NCBI GenBank assembly: GCA_044347345.1
Contig: JBIKUX010000005.1
Location: 32,001 to 96,000 of the forward strand
Source of the DNA: Bdellovibrionota bacterium
GTDB lineage: Bacteria; Bdellovibrionota_C; UBA2361; JBIKUX01
Direction: 5' to 3'
Length of the DNA: 64,000 nucleotides
The notes beneath the pieces were generated by a model, which had not been told where the DNA came from, did not search any database, and saw only the letters and a program-made list of their open reading frames with translations. Shown here in pieces: positions 51,946 through 62,407 of this stretch; positions within the stretch are counted from its first letter, which is position 1; each line of letters begins with the position of its first letter. Position numbers and translations under genes: made by a program.

Positions 51946-54690
51946 TTAAAGTTTTACTGTTTTTGGCTCACTCTCTTGGGGAATTTTTTCAATTAAAACC
52001 TCTCTCGGCTTTACGCCATCCATTGGCCCTACGATTCCTTCTCTCTCCATCTGCTCAATGAGCCGAGCAGCCCGATTGTATCCTATTCTAAGAGCTCTTT
52101 GAACCATTGATGTACTAGCTTGCCCCTTGGCAACAACTAATGCCACAGCTTGGTCGTACTGAGGGTCATAATCCACACCAGTTACCTCATCATCTCCGCC
52201 TTGTCCCTGCTCCTTTGCTTCTTCCCGTTCATACAGAGCTAAAATGCGTTTATCGTACCTAGGAGAGGAAGTCATCTTTAGTTGCGTAACCCACGAAACA
52301 ACTTCTTCATCAGCGACAAAAGCACCATGCACTCTGCGTAAAGGGCCAGCTCCGGGTAACATTAATAACATATCACCCCGACCAAGCAGTCGTTCAGCTC
52401 CCATGGAATCAAGAATAGTTCTAGAATCAATCCTGCTAGCCACTCTAAATGACATTCGCGCCGGAAAATTTGCCTTAATTAAACCTGTAACTACATCGAC
52501 TGAGGGACGCTGGGTTGCTACCACTAAATGAATACCGGCGGCACGAGCTTTTTGAGCTAACCTAGTTATAAGCTCCTCAACTTCTCGCCCAACCTGAAAC
52601 ATTAGGTCGGCTAGCTCATCAATGACTATAACTATTTTTGGAAGTGGCTGAAGCCGCTCTACTACCTGCGAGGCTTCAAGGTCTTCTGAAACCTCTGTAG
52701 CTGGTACCTCACTGAATAATACTGCATCAACACCTTGCCCGCCAGCCCCTGCCCCTGCTCCCTCCCCTTCTCCTTTGACAAAGGCATTGTAGCTATCAAT
52801 ACTTCTAACTCCAAACTGTTGCATCAGTCTATAACGCCTATCCATTTCTTTAACAGCCCAGTCAAGTACCACTCGAGCGCGACGACAATCAGTAACCACT
52901 GGAACACGAAGATGCGGAATATCCTCATAAACGCTTAGTTCTAAAATTTTCGGATCAATTAAAATAAGACCCAACTCATCAGGACTGGCTCGATACAGTA
53001 AACTAAGCAATATACTATTTATACAAACAGATTTTCCTGTACCCGTAGCACCAGCTATAAGTAGATGTGGCATTTTTGCTATATCAAGTACAACAGGTAT
53101 GCCGCAGGCATCCTTTCCCACAGCGATGGTTAACGAAGAAGCACTAGATGTGAATTGTGATGATTCAATTACATCTCTTAAAGAAACTACTTCCCTTTCA
53201 GGGTTGGGGACTTCAATACCTACTGTATCCTTGCCTGGTATTGGCGCTATAACCCTAATAGCTGAGGCTTTTAACCCCATTGCTATCTCGTCTTGCAGAG
53301 AAGTAATCCGCCCGACTTTAACCCCCCTTGCAGGCTGAAACTCATAGAGAGTCACAAGCGGTCCAGTGTGCCGCTCAGTAACCTGCCCTTGGATATTAAA
53401 AGAAGCAAGCTGTTCCGAGATAGCAAGCTCAACTTTACGAAAATCACCCTCACCTAATCTGATATTACTTACTTCACCGGTTGATAATAACGAAATTGAG
53501 GGGGGTAAATACTTGTTATTATCGTTAGAAAGGTCACTCACTAAATTACGAGATACTTTTCTTTGTTTTAAAAACTGACGTATTTGCAAAACAGACGGAG
53601 CTCTTACCGTATTGTCGTCACTACTCTTTGGTACTGAGGAACTAGTAGCTTGAAGAAAAGCGCCTGTGCGACTAATCAGAGGTTGAGAAGAGCTAGCACT
53701 TATTATACCGCCCAATTTATCGTTGATTTGGCTCACTGTATTTTGCTTCAGCCCAGCTGAGTTTATAGACTCATAATTATCAAGTTTAGCAGGACGGCGA
53801 GAAATAAAAGTTACTTGCCCTACTTTTTTAGCTACTACTACAAAAAAGCAGGATAACTTGCGTGAGGCTAACCGAATAAAGCCACATAAAGCTGATGTAG
53901 TGTCTTTACACAAAGGCCAGACTTTTTTATAAAATTTAATACCGGAGAGACGACAGGTTTTAATAGTATAAACCATGACATTGCGACTCCAGATAATAAT
54001 CTGTCTTGCGCTACTTATGAACGTGACTAAGGCAAGTTTTTTTAGATTTGGATGTAGTGCAAACAAAGCCGCAGAAGCAACCACAACAAGACCCCATACT
54101 CCAATATGTGGCGTAAGAAACCGTAGTGTTTGATATGAAAGATTACCACCCCACCATTGCCCACCAAGCGCTGAGGCTATTAACGCTAGACTTACAGCAC
54201 TAAATAAACCTCGCGCAAGACGCACCAACCTCTCTAAGCGTGCTAATCTTGGGCGATAGGTAGCTTGCCATACAGAAATTGGTAAAAATAAAGCTGATAC
54301 CCCTAACCACTGAATCACAAACAATGCTGCGCTTGACCCAGTCGACCCTACAATACTTCCAGGTGGTCTTGACAAAAAGTCTGTTTCAGCTAGCAGAGTG
54401 ATAATTATACAGCCAGCCGTATAGACAGATAGTAATCGAAAAATAAACCTACATCCGGAATAAAAAAAACTAACAGAGGAATTAGGCAACGAGACTAAAT
54501 CTTTCTTAAAAAGTGATGGAGAAGGCAGATCTATAACAGTTACCTGTTCAAGATTTTCCCTAAATTTCTTTTGAACATTATCTTTTGTGCCCTTAATTCC
54601 AATCGAACTTTTACTATGTCGCTTAGTTGTGCTTACCATTTTTACAGTGGAATTACCGAGACTCTTACTTGCTGACTTTTTTTCTGACAC
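51946..54690 (-). CDS. ftsK: DNA translocase FtsK
   Basis: N-terminal TMs, PHLLIAGATGTGKS, VIDELADL, ATQRPS, gamma domain LRIGYNRAARLIE. Confidence 0.97.
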   Translation of the reverse strand: MSEKKSASKSLGNSTVKMVSTTKRHSKSSIGIKGTKDNVQKKFRENLEQVTVIDLPSPSLFKKDLVSLPNSSVSFFYSGCRFIFRLLSVYTAGCIIITLLAETDFLSRPPGSIVGSTGSSAALFVIQWLGVSALFLPISVWQATYRPRLARLERLVRLARGLFSAVSLALIASALGGQWWGGNLSYQTLRFLTPHIGVWGLVVVASAALFALHPNLKKLALVTFISSARQIIIWSRNVMVYTIKTCRLSGIKFYKKVWPLCKDTTSALCGFIRLASRKLSCFFVVVAKKVGQVTFISRRPAKLDNYESINSAGLKQNTVSQINDKLGGIISASSSQPLISRTGAFLQATSSSVPKSSDDNTVRAPSVLQIRQFLKQRKVSRNLVSDLSNDNNKYLPPSISLLSTGEVSNIRLGEGDFRKVELAISEQLASFNIQGQVTERHTGPLVTLYEFQPARGVKVGRITSLQDEIAMGLKASAIRVIAPIPGKDTVGIEVPNPEREVVSLRDVIESSQFTSSASSLTIAVGKDACGIPVVLDIAKMPHLLIAGATGTGKSVCINSILLSLLYRASPDELGLILIDPKILELSVYEDIPHLRVPVVTDCRRARVVLDWAVKEMDRRYRLMQQFGVRSIDSYNAFVKGEGEGAGAGAGGQGVDAVLFSEVPATEVSEDLEASQVVERLQPLPKIVIVIDELADLMFQVGREVEELITRLAQKARAAGIHLVVATQRPSVDVVTGLIKANFPARMSFRVASRIDSRTILDSMGAERLLGRGDMLLMLPGAGPLRRVHGAFVADEEVVSWVTQLKMTSSPRYDKRILALYEREEAKEQGQGGDDEVTGVDYDPQYDQAVALVVAKGQASTSMVQRALRIGYNRAARLIEQMEREGIVGPMDGVKPREVLIEKIPQESEPKTVKL

Positions 54691-54801
54691 TTTTGGTTAA
54701 GATAATTCGAGCCAATAGAGCCATGATAAAGTATGATGCTAGTCTGGCACCATAGTAAGCAATCAGTGATAATAAATAGTTGTATCTTAAAATAACGCTC
54801 C

Positions 54802-55581
54802 TTACTCAGGCTGAGTAAAACCGGCTTCTCTCTGTGTCTGTAATTTACGAGCCGCGGCATGGAAAGCTTCTCTAGCCAATACATCAGTATTTTTCCAGCC
54901 TGTCCCTGTACCACCACCCTCAGCACGTTTCTTCAGTGCCAATAGGTTATCTGTAAACGCCTTATCATGAAATGAGTAGCTTGCTCGCCACATCGTTTTC
55001 CCGTCTGAGACCCGAACTAAAACCATCCGAAATGCTACTTCTCCCGGACTAGCCGAACCCATTTGCGACCCTTCTCTGCTTGAAAATCTATCTATATCTG
55101 AGAATAAAATAGCGTCTATCCCCTTTGAACGAGCCGTTAATAAGATTTTTTGTCGCCATTTTTGCGATTGTTCAGAAGAAGCACTCAATTTTAATCTTGG
55201 AGCTTCTAATAAATCAAATATCTCTAATGAAAGTTCATCTCGAAAAGCTTGAACTATCTCCTGAGATAAGCGCTCGCGGTCAGACGTCCCTCCAGAAAGA
55301 GCACCATTGTTAAAGTAGGGAGTAACCACACCGATTGATGTTAACTTTATAAGTTCACGATAATCTGAATTTTGTGTGTCGAGCGACCGAATGGAATCAA
55401 TACCTTTAGCAGTTGTAGTACCAGCATACTCCATGCAACCCACTACAAGAGTTAAAACAGCCGCTAAAAAAACCCTTTTTTTGTTAATTAGGAGTTTTTT
55501 GCCAAATTTAAGTAAACAAGGAGCAAAATTGGAACTTCTCAATAATTCTGGACGGTAAATTTTTTTCAAAACGTTTTTCAA
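54802..55581 (-). CDS. Putative lipoprotein
   Basis: LVVGC lipobox; IDAILF..I.RF..REGS..EVAF.MVLVRV.DGK.MW pattern; AAGGAG before the TTG start. Confidence 0.7.
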   Translation of the reverse strand: MKNVLKKIYRPELLRSSNFAPCLLKFGKKLLINKKRVFLAAVLTLVVGCMEYAGTTTAKGIDSIRSLDTQNSDYRELIKLTSIGVVTPYFNNGALSGGTSDRERLSQEIVQAFRDELSLEIFDLLEAPRLKLSASSEQSQKWRQKILLTARSKGIDAILFSDIDRFSSREGSQMGSASPGEVAFRMVLVRVSDGKTMWRASYSFHDKAFTDNLLALKKRAEGGGTGTGWKNTDVLAREAFHAAARKLQTQREAGFTQPE

Positions 55582-55595
55582 AGAGTGCTCCTTTA

Positions 55596-55625
55596 AACAG
55601 TCTATTGCTTAACAGTCTCTTGCTT
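55596..55625. repeat. 15-bp tandem duplication
   Basis: AACAGTCTATTGCTT / AACAGTCTCTTGCTT. Confidence 0.88.
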
Positions 55626-56020
55626 GCTCGTAACAACAATGAGCTTTTGTTTTGATACGCAAACGCATCTTACCACTCATATGAGCTCCACTGAAGATAA
55701 GTAAATAACTCAGTAAAAAAGTAATTAAGAAGTTCCCTCTGAGCGGAAGATTTATCTACTATTGTTACTGCAGTCTAGCCCTTTTTATCTAGCAGACTTT
55801 TTAAAGAAAGTAACTTTTTAAATAATGGCGAATCAAAAAATCACTAATTTACTTCCGCCTCTAACTGAGCGAGACTTACTAATAAGTGATAACTTTTTAA
55901 CAAAAATTTACAGAAAGTAACAATCAGCTTGCTCTAGGCTCTTGCGTCGGCCTCGTCATTCTGATTAGTTGAGGGTCGAAAAATAATCGTCGTTGCTTGG
56001 AATATTAGTGGAGTTCACTC

Positions 56021-56464
56021 GTGGCAAAGCCAACTGAAAAGATAATTGATGCGCTTACTCAACTCATGGAAGCTTTTGTAGAGCTTCGTGACAGTATAGA
56101 GGAGAGTGAGGAAGGGGAAGGTGAAGAAGAGAGTGAGCTTGAGGATGATGAAGAAGGCGGCCATCAGTCGCGTTTGGTATCCGAATTCAGAACTGCTCTT
56201 GACTCGGTTATTGAAGCCGAAGATTTTTCGCCGGATGATTTTGCATCTCTCATCTCATCTCTTACCGAAGCCCTTGAAGAAGTAGATCCAACTATTTTTG
56301 AAGATGAAGGAGAAGAGGAAGACGAAGAATACGAAGAAGAAGACGACGAAGACTACGGCGAGGACGACGAGGATTACGACCTCGATGAAGACGACCTAGA
56401 CGAAGACGACCTCGATGAAGATGAAGAGGAAGAGGAAGATGAGGATGAAGATGAAGATGACTAA
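56021..56464 (+). CDS. Hyper-acidic small protein
   Basis: GGAG SD before GTG; helical N-terminal part; 46 of the last 54 residues are D/E. Confidence 0.85.
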   Translation: MAKPTEKIIDALTQLMEAFVELRDSIEESEEGEGEEESELEDDEEGGHQSRLVSEFRTALDSVIEAEDFSPDDFASLISSLTEALEEVDPTIFEDEGEEEDEEYEEEDDEDYGEDDEDYDLDEDDLDEDDLDEDEEEEEDEDEDEDD

Positions 56465-56582
56465 ACATTAGACTTCATTTTTCAAAATTAGGTTGAGATT
56501 GCCTAACATAGCAAAAATACTTCTTTTTAGACCTAATATATTTTTGTGCAGTGGCAGTACTAATTCCTACTAAAAAGCTGCC

Positions 56583-56646
56583 AAGGCCTTACAGTAGCAA
56601 GGCCTTTCAGTAAAAAGGCCTTGCGGTAAAAAATCTTGTGGCAAAA
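56583..56646. repeat. Intergenic 16-bp degenerate tandem repeat x3-4
   Basis: AAGGCCTTACAGTAGC / AAGGCCTTTCAGTAAA / AAGGCCTTGCGGTAAA plus a decayed fourth copy. Confidence 0.85.
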
Positions 56647-56693
56647 AAAGTAGTTGATGTGGTTTAACCTGCAAGCTCTACCAACTAAAAGCT

Positions 56694-59006
56694 GTGACTA
56701 AGAGACTGTGGGTAAATAGACTGTGGGTAAGAAACTACGTGTTAGAATCTGTGCCCCACTCAAAATTGCATTCCATACCATTTGGCTTCTCGCTTCCATT
56801 GTTCATCTTTGCAGCTCTCGCAACTTTTATAGCTCGTTTTGAATGTTTTGATCGAATCAATACTCACTCACTAAGCGGTACGTTAGGAGATGGGGGCATC
56901 TATTTATGGCTCTTATCCGTTGTGCCGCAAGCCTTAGATCCCGAAAATTGGTACAATGTTCCTGCCTTTTACCCTTACGGTCAGGCCTTAGCTTGGAGTG
57001 ATAATTATATTCTACCCTCCCTGCTATTAATGCTGCTAAGGTCATTTTCGACTCTTGCCCTACCCGTTCAATCACTAATTGTAGCACACAATGGTCTACT
57101 ACTTGGGGCTACTGCTCTTACTGGTTGGTGTGTCAGTCGCCTGACTTTTCGTTTAACTGGCAGTTTACTACCAAGTTGTTACTCGTGTTTAGCCGTTATC
57201 TTCTGTCATTTTTTTATTGAGCATTTGGGTCATCCACAACTTCAGTATGGATTTTTTTTACCGCTATCGGCAGAAGTTGCTTTGCTGATAACGTCTGCAT
57301 CGACATCAAAATCGGACAAAAAAGCTACAAAGATACTGAGAGCTGTGCTCCTAGGTATAGTCGTTGGATGTGCCTTCCTAACCGCGGTATACTACGGAAT
57401 TTTTTCAGCCTCTATTGCCATAATTATCCTTCTTTGTTGGTTAGCAACTGCATTTAGTCGCCGTTGTATAGCTGAGCTAACTTATCTGGTCTTTGGAGGC
57501 ATTCTCGGATTTTCTCCTTTTATCCCTTTTTTATTGCCTTATTTTGCTACCGAGGCAACTTTTGGACAAAGAAATCTTTACGAAGCTTATTACTTTTCAG
57601 CACATCTTTTATCTTATCTTTCAGCAGGACCGCTCCATACCTATTCTGGTATACTTGGAAAATCAACCTGGTCTCACAGTGAAGCACATCTGTCATTAGG
57701 AATTATAAGCCCAATTCTCCTTCTTTGGGGTGCAGTTTCAACAAACTATTTACATAAATATAAAATTGGAATAACCGTTTGCTTTGCTTCCTTAATGTTA
57801 GCACTTGCTACTAATATTCATGGCTTAGGAATTCCTAGTCTAAAAGTTGCAAGCGCATTTCTTGCATGGATAGCTCTTACAAGTGGTGTTTTTGTATTTA
57901 TCCAAAGCCAAAAACTTACTAACTCAAATTCCATCCATTTAGGGGCATTAACGCTAGTAATACTTACTTCAATTATTTTCTCATTAGGACCTCTTGGTAA
58001 TCCAGTTAAAGGTGAACTCGCTTTAGGTCCATTTGCAGTAGCTCATCAATTCATACCTGGTATGGGGGGGATTAGAGCTGTAAGCAGATGGGGAGTGGTG
58101 GTATTAATCTTTTTACCTGTTATAGCTGCAGTCCTGGCTCACAGGGCTTATAAACAAATAGCCCTAGCAAAAACATACAAACGAGCCTTTTTTCAATATT
58201 TTTTTTGGTTATCCTTCATGATTCTAGTGTTTCTAGAGCAATACACCACAGGATACGGGAAAGGGATGGAAGAATTACCGAAGATTCCTCCCGTAGTACA
58301 CAGTATGACAAGAAGTGAAAAAAATTCAGGAGCAATCATTTTTCTGCCGATGAGTCATCCTCTTAGCTCTACTGGAGAGATACTATCTTGGAGCGATTTT
58401 ATTCGTCGAAATATCACCGCTATGAACGCATCAGTTCACTTAAATATGCCTACTGTTAATGGATATTCGGGAGTAAAAACAAAAATTATGCGAGACTTAC
58501 CAAGAAGAACTCGCTTGTTTCCTGACGAAAGAAGCTGTACAGCTCTTCAAGAAATATCAGGATTAAAATTTGTAGTTTGGGAACAACACAATAAACTCGT
58601 GATACCAAAATCTTTACCATCATGCCTTAGCTATCTAGGTCATGACGATACCGGCTATCATCTATTTAAAATAAAAGATGAGGTTCCGCTAAATGGTGAA
58701 CGCACCGTAATAGCCTCTCCAACATCAACAAGTATTTTACTACAATTTAGTGGCTGCAACGCAGTTACTATCCAAGAATCAATTAATAAAAACGTCATTT
58801 CGACTAGCGATCTTAATCTAGTTGGTCATGCTACAAAAAGAGTTATTTGCCCATCTAAAATTACATCAACAAAAATGGCACCGCGCTATTGGCAAATTAA
58901 ACCTAGCTCATCAAAGCCAGAAAATACCTGTTTTTTCTCAGTAACAAAAGCCCCATCTGTGCCCTATTCGATTGATGAAATTGCTGGTAGATGCTTTTTG
59001 GATTAA
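56694..59006 (+). CDS. Polytopic membrane protein, probable GT-C fold glycosyltransferase (YfhO-like)
   Basis: [12 protein letters not shown] loop, [26 protein letters not shown], many TMs; start uncertain. Confidence 0.65.
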   Translation: MTKRLWVNRLWVRNYVLESVPHSKLHSIPFGFSLPLFIFAALATFIARFECFDRINTHSLSGTLGDGGIYLWLLSVVPQALDPENWYNVPAFYPYGQALAWSDNYILPSLLLMLLRSFSTLALPVQSLIVAHNGLLLGATALTGWCVSRLTFRLTGSLLPSCYSCLAVIFCHFFIEHLGHPQLQYGFFLPLSAEVALLITSASTSKSDKKATKILRAVLLGIVVGCAFLTAVYYGIFSASIAIIILLCWLATAFSRRCIAELTYLVFGGILGFSPFIPFLLPYFATEATFGQRNLYEAYYFSAHLLSYLSAGPLHTYSGILGKSTWSHSEAHLSLGIISPILLLWGAVSTNYLHKYKIGITVCFASLMLALATNIHGLGIPSLKVASAFLAWIALTSGVFVFIQSQKLTNSNSIHLGALTLVILTSIIFSLGPLGNPVKGELALGPFAVAHQFIPGMGGIRAVSRWGVVVLIFLPVIAAVLAHRAYKQIALAKTYKRAFFQYFFWLSFMILVFLEQYTTGYGKGMEELPKIPPVVHSMTRSEKNSGAIIFLPMSHPLSSTGEILSWSDFIRRNITAMNASVHLNMPTVNGYSGVKTKIMRDLPRRTRLFPDERSCTALQEISGLKFVVWEQHNKLVIPKSLPSCLSYLGHDDTGYHLFKIKDEVPLNGERTVIASPTSTSILLQFSGCNAVTIQESINKNVISTSDLNLVGHATKRVICPSKITSTKMAPRYWQIKPSSSKPENTCFFSVTKAPSVPYSIDEIAGRCFLD
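56703..56732. repeat. 15-bp tandem duplication with AGACTGTGGGTA core
   Basis: AGACTGTGGGTAAAT / AGACTGTGGGTAAGA. Confidence 0.88.
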
Positions 59007-60733
59007 GAGTCTGTGATACATCCAAGCGAAGCAGATGCTACAAGCGCTCGATATTTTTTAAGCACACCATGCAACTTTACCTCTTTGTTTCCATAACCTT
59101 GAGTTTGATGACGTTGTTTATCTGAGTTAACTTGCCAACTAGCACGTCGCTCAGCCAGTGTATTATCGTCTACCACTAAAACTAATTTACCGGAAACTGC
59201 ATCGATACTAATTTGGTCACCGTCCTCTACAAGAGCTAATAATCCCCCGACATAAGCTTCTGGAGTGATGTGACCTACCACAAAACCGTGAGTACCCCCT
59301 GAAAAGCGCCCATCAGTAATAAGAGCTACAGACTTTCCTAACCCTCTCCCCATGATTGCCGCGGTTATTTTAAGCATCTCCCTCATCCCAGGACCGCCTT
59401 TTGGACCTTCGTAGCGAATAACCACTACGTCGCCGCTTTTTACCTTACCTTCCTGAATACCGATTAAACATTCTTCCTCTGAATTAAACACTCTAGCCGG
59501 TCCAGAAAAGTGCTCACCTTCTTTACCTGTTATTTTTGCTACTGATCCCTCAGAGGCAAGATTTCCATATAAAATTTTAAGATGACCAGTCTCTTTTACA
59601 GGATTACGGGGTGAAAAAATAATCTTTTGGTTTGCCTTTAAATCCGGCCATTCAGCTAGATTCTCCGCCAATGTTTTTCCTGTTACTGTTAAACAGTCAC
59701 CATTAAGTAGGCCTTCTTTAAGTAATAATTTCATTACTGCTGGTAACCCTCCGACCTCAAAAAGATCCTCCATTACATAAGTACCACTTGGCTTAAGATC
59801 AGCAAGAAGAGGAGTTTTGTTATTTATACGAGTAATATCATCTAATGAAAAATCAACTCCAGCTGAGTAAGCTATTGCTAGAAGATGGAGTACGGCATTA
59901 GTGGATCCCCCGGTAGCTACAACTACAGAAACGGCATTCTCTAAACTCTCCCGCGTAATAATTTTGCTGGGAGTAATATCATGTTCAAGACATAATTTAA
60001 TCGCCTCTCCGACCCTTTGAAGGCACTCTTCTTTCTTCTTGTCATGAGTAGCTGGAATTGATGAACTGTTTGGAAGACTTAAGCCAAGTGCTTCAATAGC
60101 ACTTGCCATAGTGTTAGCTGTGTACATTCCACCACATGCCCCAGCTCCCGGGCATGAATGTTTCAACACTTCTCGGTACTCTTTTTCAGATATGGTTCCA
60201 GCTAAAAACTGACCATAAGCTTCAAAAGCTGAGACAATATCTAACTTTTGCTCTTTCAACCATCCTGGTCTAATTGTCCCACCATAAACCATAATAGATG
60301 GGCGGTTAACTCTGGCCATGGCGATAACTGACCCTGGCATATTTTTATCACAGCCAGGAACAGCTACTAAAGCATCGTAATACTGAGCTCCCATGACTGT
60401 TTCAATTGAATCAGCAATCACATCTCGGGAAACCAGCGAATACTTCATACCCTCTGTGCCCATTGAGATACCATCACTAACGCCAATTGTGTGAAATATA
60501 AGCCCCACTAAACCTGCTGATTTAACACCTGTCTTGATATCTTGAGCGAGGCTGTTCAGATGCAAATTACAGGTATTTCCCTCCCATCCCATGCTTGCAA
60601 TACCAACTTGAGCACGAGAAAAATCTTCATCAGTTAATCCCACGCCATAAAGCATTGCCTGCGACCCAGACTGAGTTGGATCTTGAGTTAAACGACTACT
60701 AAATTTGTTAAGGGGTTTGTTATTAGGCGACAT
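59003..60733 (-). CDS. ilvD: Dihydroxy-acid dehydratase
   Basis: [41 protein letters not shown]. Confidence 0.97.
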   Translation of the reverse strand: MSPNNKPLNKFSSRLTQDPTQSGSQAMLYGVGLTDEDFSRAQVGIASMGWEGNTCNLHLNSLAQDIKTGVKSAGLVGLIFHTIGVSDGISMGTEGMKYSLVSRDVIADSIETVMGAQYYDALVAVPGCDKNMPGSVIAMARVNRPSIMVYGGTIRPGWLKEQKLDIVSAFEAYGQFLAGTISEKEYREVLKHSCPGAGACGGMYTANTMASAIEALGLSLPNSSSIPATHDKKKEECLQRVGEAIKLCLEHDITPSKIITRESLENAVSVVVATGGSTNAVLHLLAIAYSAGVDFSLDDITRINNKTPLLADLKPSGTYVMEDLFEVGGLPAVMKLLLKEGLLNGDCLTVTGKTLAENLAEWPDLKANQKIIFSPRNPVKETGHLKILYGNLASEGSVAKITGKEGEHFSGPARVFNSEEECLIGIQEGKVKSGDVVVIRYEGPKGGPGMREMLKITAAIMGRGLGKSVALITDGRFSGGTHGFVVGHITPEAYVGGLLALVEDGDQISIDAVSGKLVLVVDDNTLAERRASWQVNSDKQRHQTQGYGNKEVKLHGVLKKYRALVASASLGCITDS

Positions 60734-61057
60734 GATTACTAAGCAATTATTCAGAAATAAAATTTATTGAAACCACAGGGTCGATTACAGGCTCTGACTT
60801 AGATTCCACCCCTCTTGATGTATTGTCAAATTTATTGATTGAGCTCGAATAATTTAGGATCTTATAAAGTAATTTTCACTTTATTCTTTACGCATTGAAG
60901 AACCTAAAGAATAAATAAAAAGGCCGACAAAGAGAAGTATAAGGAGTCTAGCAAATTGGTGACTTGCATTTCCTGACACCTTCAGAGAGAGGCCGCTTGC
61001 AAGACTAACTAATATAAGTAGTGAAAAACCGATAACTACGTACCGAGAAATATCCAT

Positions 61058-61089
61058 AGCACCTTACTTAAACAGCACCTTGCTTAAAA
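61058..61089. repeat. Intergenic 16-bp tandem duplication
   Basis: AGCACCTTACTTAAAC / AGCACCTTGCTTAAAA. Confidence 0.85.
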
Positions 61090-61180
61090 CCACAACTTCC
61101 CAAAATTGTTACTTTTTTTTAATTAAAATGCAAGCTTAGTTGAGTATAAAAAAATCTTAGTAAGAATTATCCATCAAAAT

Positions 61181-62407
61181 CTAATTCCTGTTTTTACAGC
61201 CATAACAGTCCGATTTAATAACTGCGACCACTCTTCCCGGATACTTTTGCATACCTGCGCGAAATCCTGATTTTTCACCAGTACCAAAAAAAATATCAAC
61301 CCTTTCAACTCCTACAATTGCTCCCCCCGTATCTTGAGCTGACATAATACCCATAAGTGGCTCTAACTTGAACTTTTCCTCGCTACTACCCTCAGAATCT
61401 ACTGCTACAGTTTCAACAAAAAGAGGAGTACCTAAGGGATATATCTTAGGGTCGACAGCAACACTTCTTTGTGGTGTAAGCGGTACTCCTAAACTCCCAA
61501 TCGGCCCTTCGCCCTCTGCAGAGGATATAATCCGAAAAAACACGTAACTTTCATCATAGGTGAGAGTTTGTTGCAGATATTGCGGATTTTCTCGAAGAAA
61601 AGCCCTGATTCGTTGCATTGATACCTCACTACTTGTCAAAAAACCTTGTTCAATAAGGTAGCGACCAATAGGACGATATGGATGTCCATTTTTGTCTGCA
61701 AAACCGACTTTAACTATTCGATTATCAGGCAACACTATTTGACCAGAACCTTGAATATGAAGAAAAGCTCTATCAACTGGATCTTTTAACCAAGCAATTT
61801 CCAATCCTCGCCCTGAGAGCGCTTGCTCATAATCAATCTGTTTTCTCGAAAAGTATGGGACTAATGAACCATCACTAATCCGTCTAGCTCTTCCCAAAGT
61901 AAATCTTTTCGAATCTTCACTATGAACAAGGTCATCAGGTAATCCGTAGAGAGGGAATCTATGTGCAGGTGTTGGCACAAGAGAGCCGTAAATAACCGGC
62001 TCATAGTAGCCTGTTATTAGGCCTTTTCCTGAGTCTTCACTGCAAATAGCAATAAAATTACGTTCAAGAAATTTTGCCAGTGCTTCTCCCTCTCCCCACT
62101 GACGTACGCTATCAGCGATAATAAGATTAGACGATATGAGATCTGAACGCGTAACTGTTAGAGGTCCAAGAGTCAGAAGAGCAGAAGAGTCACGTTTTGC
62201 AAGACTTGATGCAGTTGCCTCAAGGGTACGAGCTACTTGTTCCCGATCCGAAAAGCTAGAAGCACTATTATTATCACCGCTAAAAATTTTGGCTAGAGTG
62301 CCAGACTCACATATAACTAAACTGATAGGACTAATCTTGCGTGCACACCCAAATCCACCGCAAAAAAAGATCGCGATAAGCGCTAGTAATCTCAAAAAAT
62401 GATACAC
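61181..62407 (-). CDS. mltA: Membrane-bound lytic murein transglycosylase A
   Basis: Lipoprotein signal, TGYYEP, HIQGSG, SYVFF, SVAVD, QDTGGAI, DIFFG. Confidence 0.93.
   Translation of the reverse strand: MYHFLRLLALIAIFFCGGFGCARKISPISLVICESGTLAKIFSGDNNSASSFSDREQVARTLEATASSLAKRDSSALLTLGPLTVTRSDLISSNLIIADSVRQWGEGEALAKFLERNFIAICSEDSGKGLITGYYEPVIYGSLVPTPAHRFPLYGLPDDLVHSEDSKRFTLGRARRISDGSLVPYFSRKQIDYEQALSGRGLEIAWLKDPVDRAFLHIQGSGQIVLPDNRIVKVGFADKNGHPYRPIGRYLIEQGFLTSSEVSMQRIRAFLRENPQYLQQTLTYDESYVFFRIISSAEGEGPIGSLGVPLTPQRSVAVDPKIYPLGTPLFVETVAVDSEGSSEEKFKLEPLMGIMSAQDTGGAIVGVERVDIFFGTGEKSGFRAGMQKYPGRVVAVIKSDCYGCKNRN

Noticed and set aside
52735-52775. GEGEGAGAGAGG tract in FtsK (also poly-Ser near 5229-5249)
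   Set aside because: Ordinary 3-6 nt low-complexity slippage in variable loops; not counted with the ~15-nt duplications
60963-61003. Hairpin-like CTTGCA...TGCAAG segment as a riboswitch upstream of ilvD
   Set aside because: Only fragmentary resemblance to known aptamers; needs an Rfam/Infernal search
1302-62402. Many short ORFs antisense to or nested in long genes (e.g. 2126..2458, 24076..24789, 44198..44650, 44550..44984)
   Set aside because: Shadow frames of well-supported genes, with no motifs of their own
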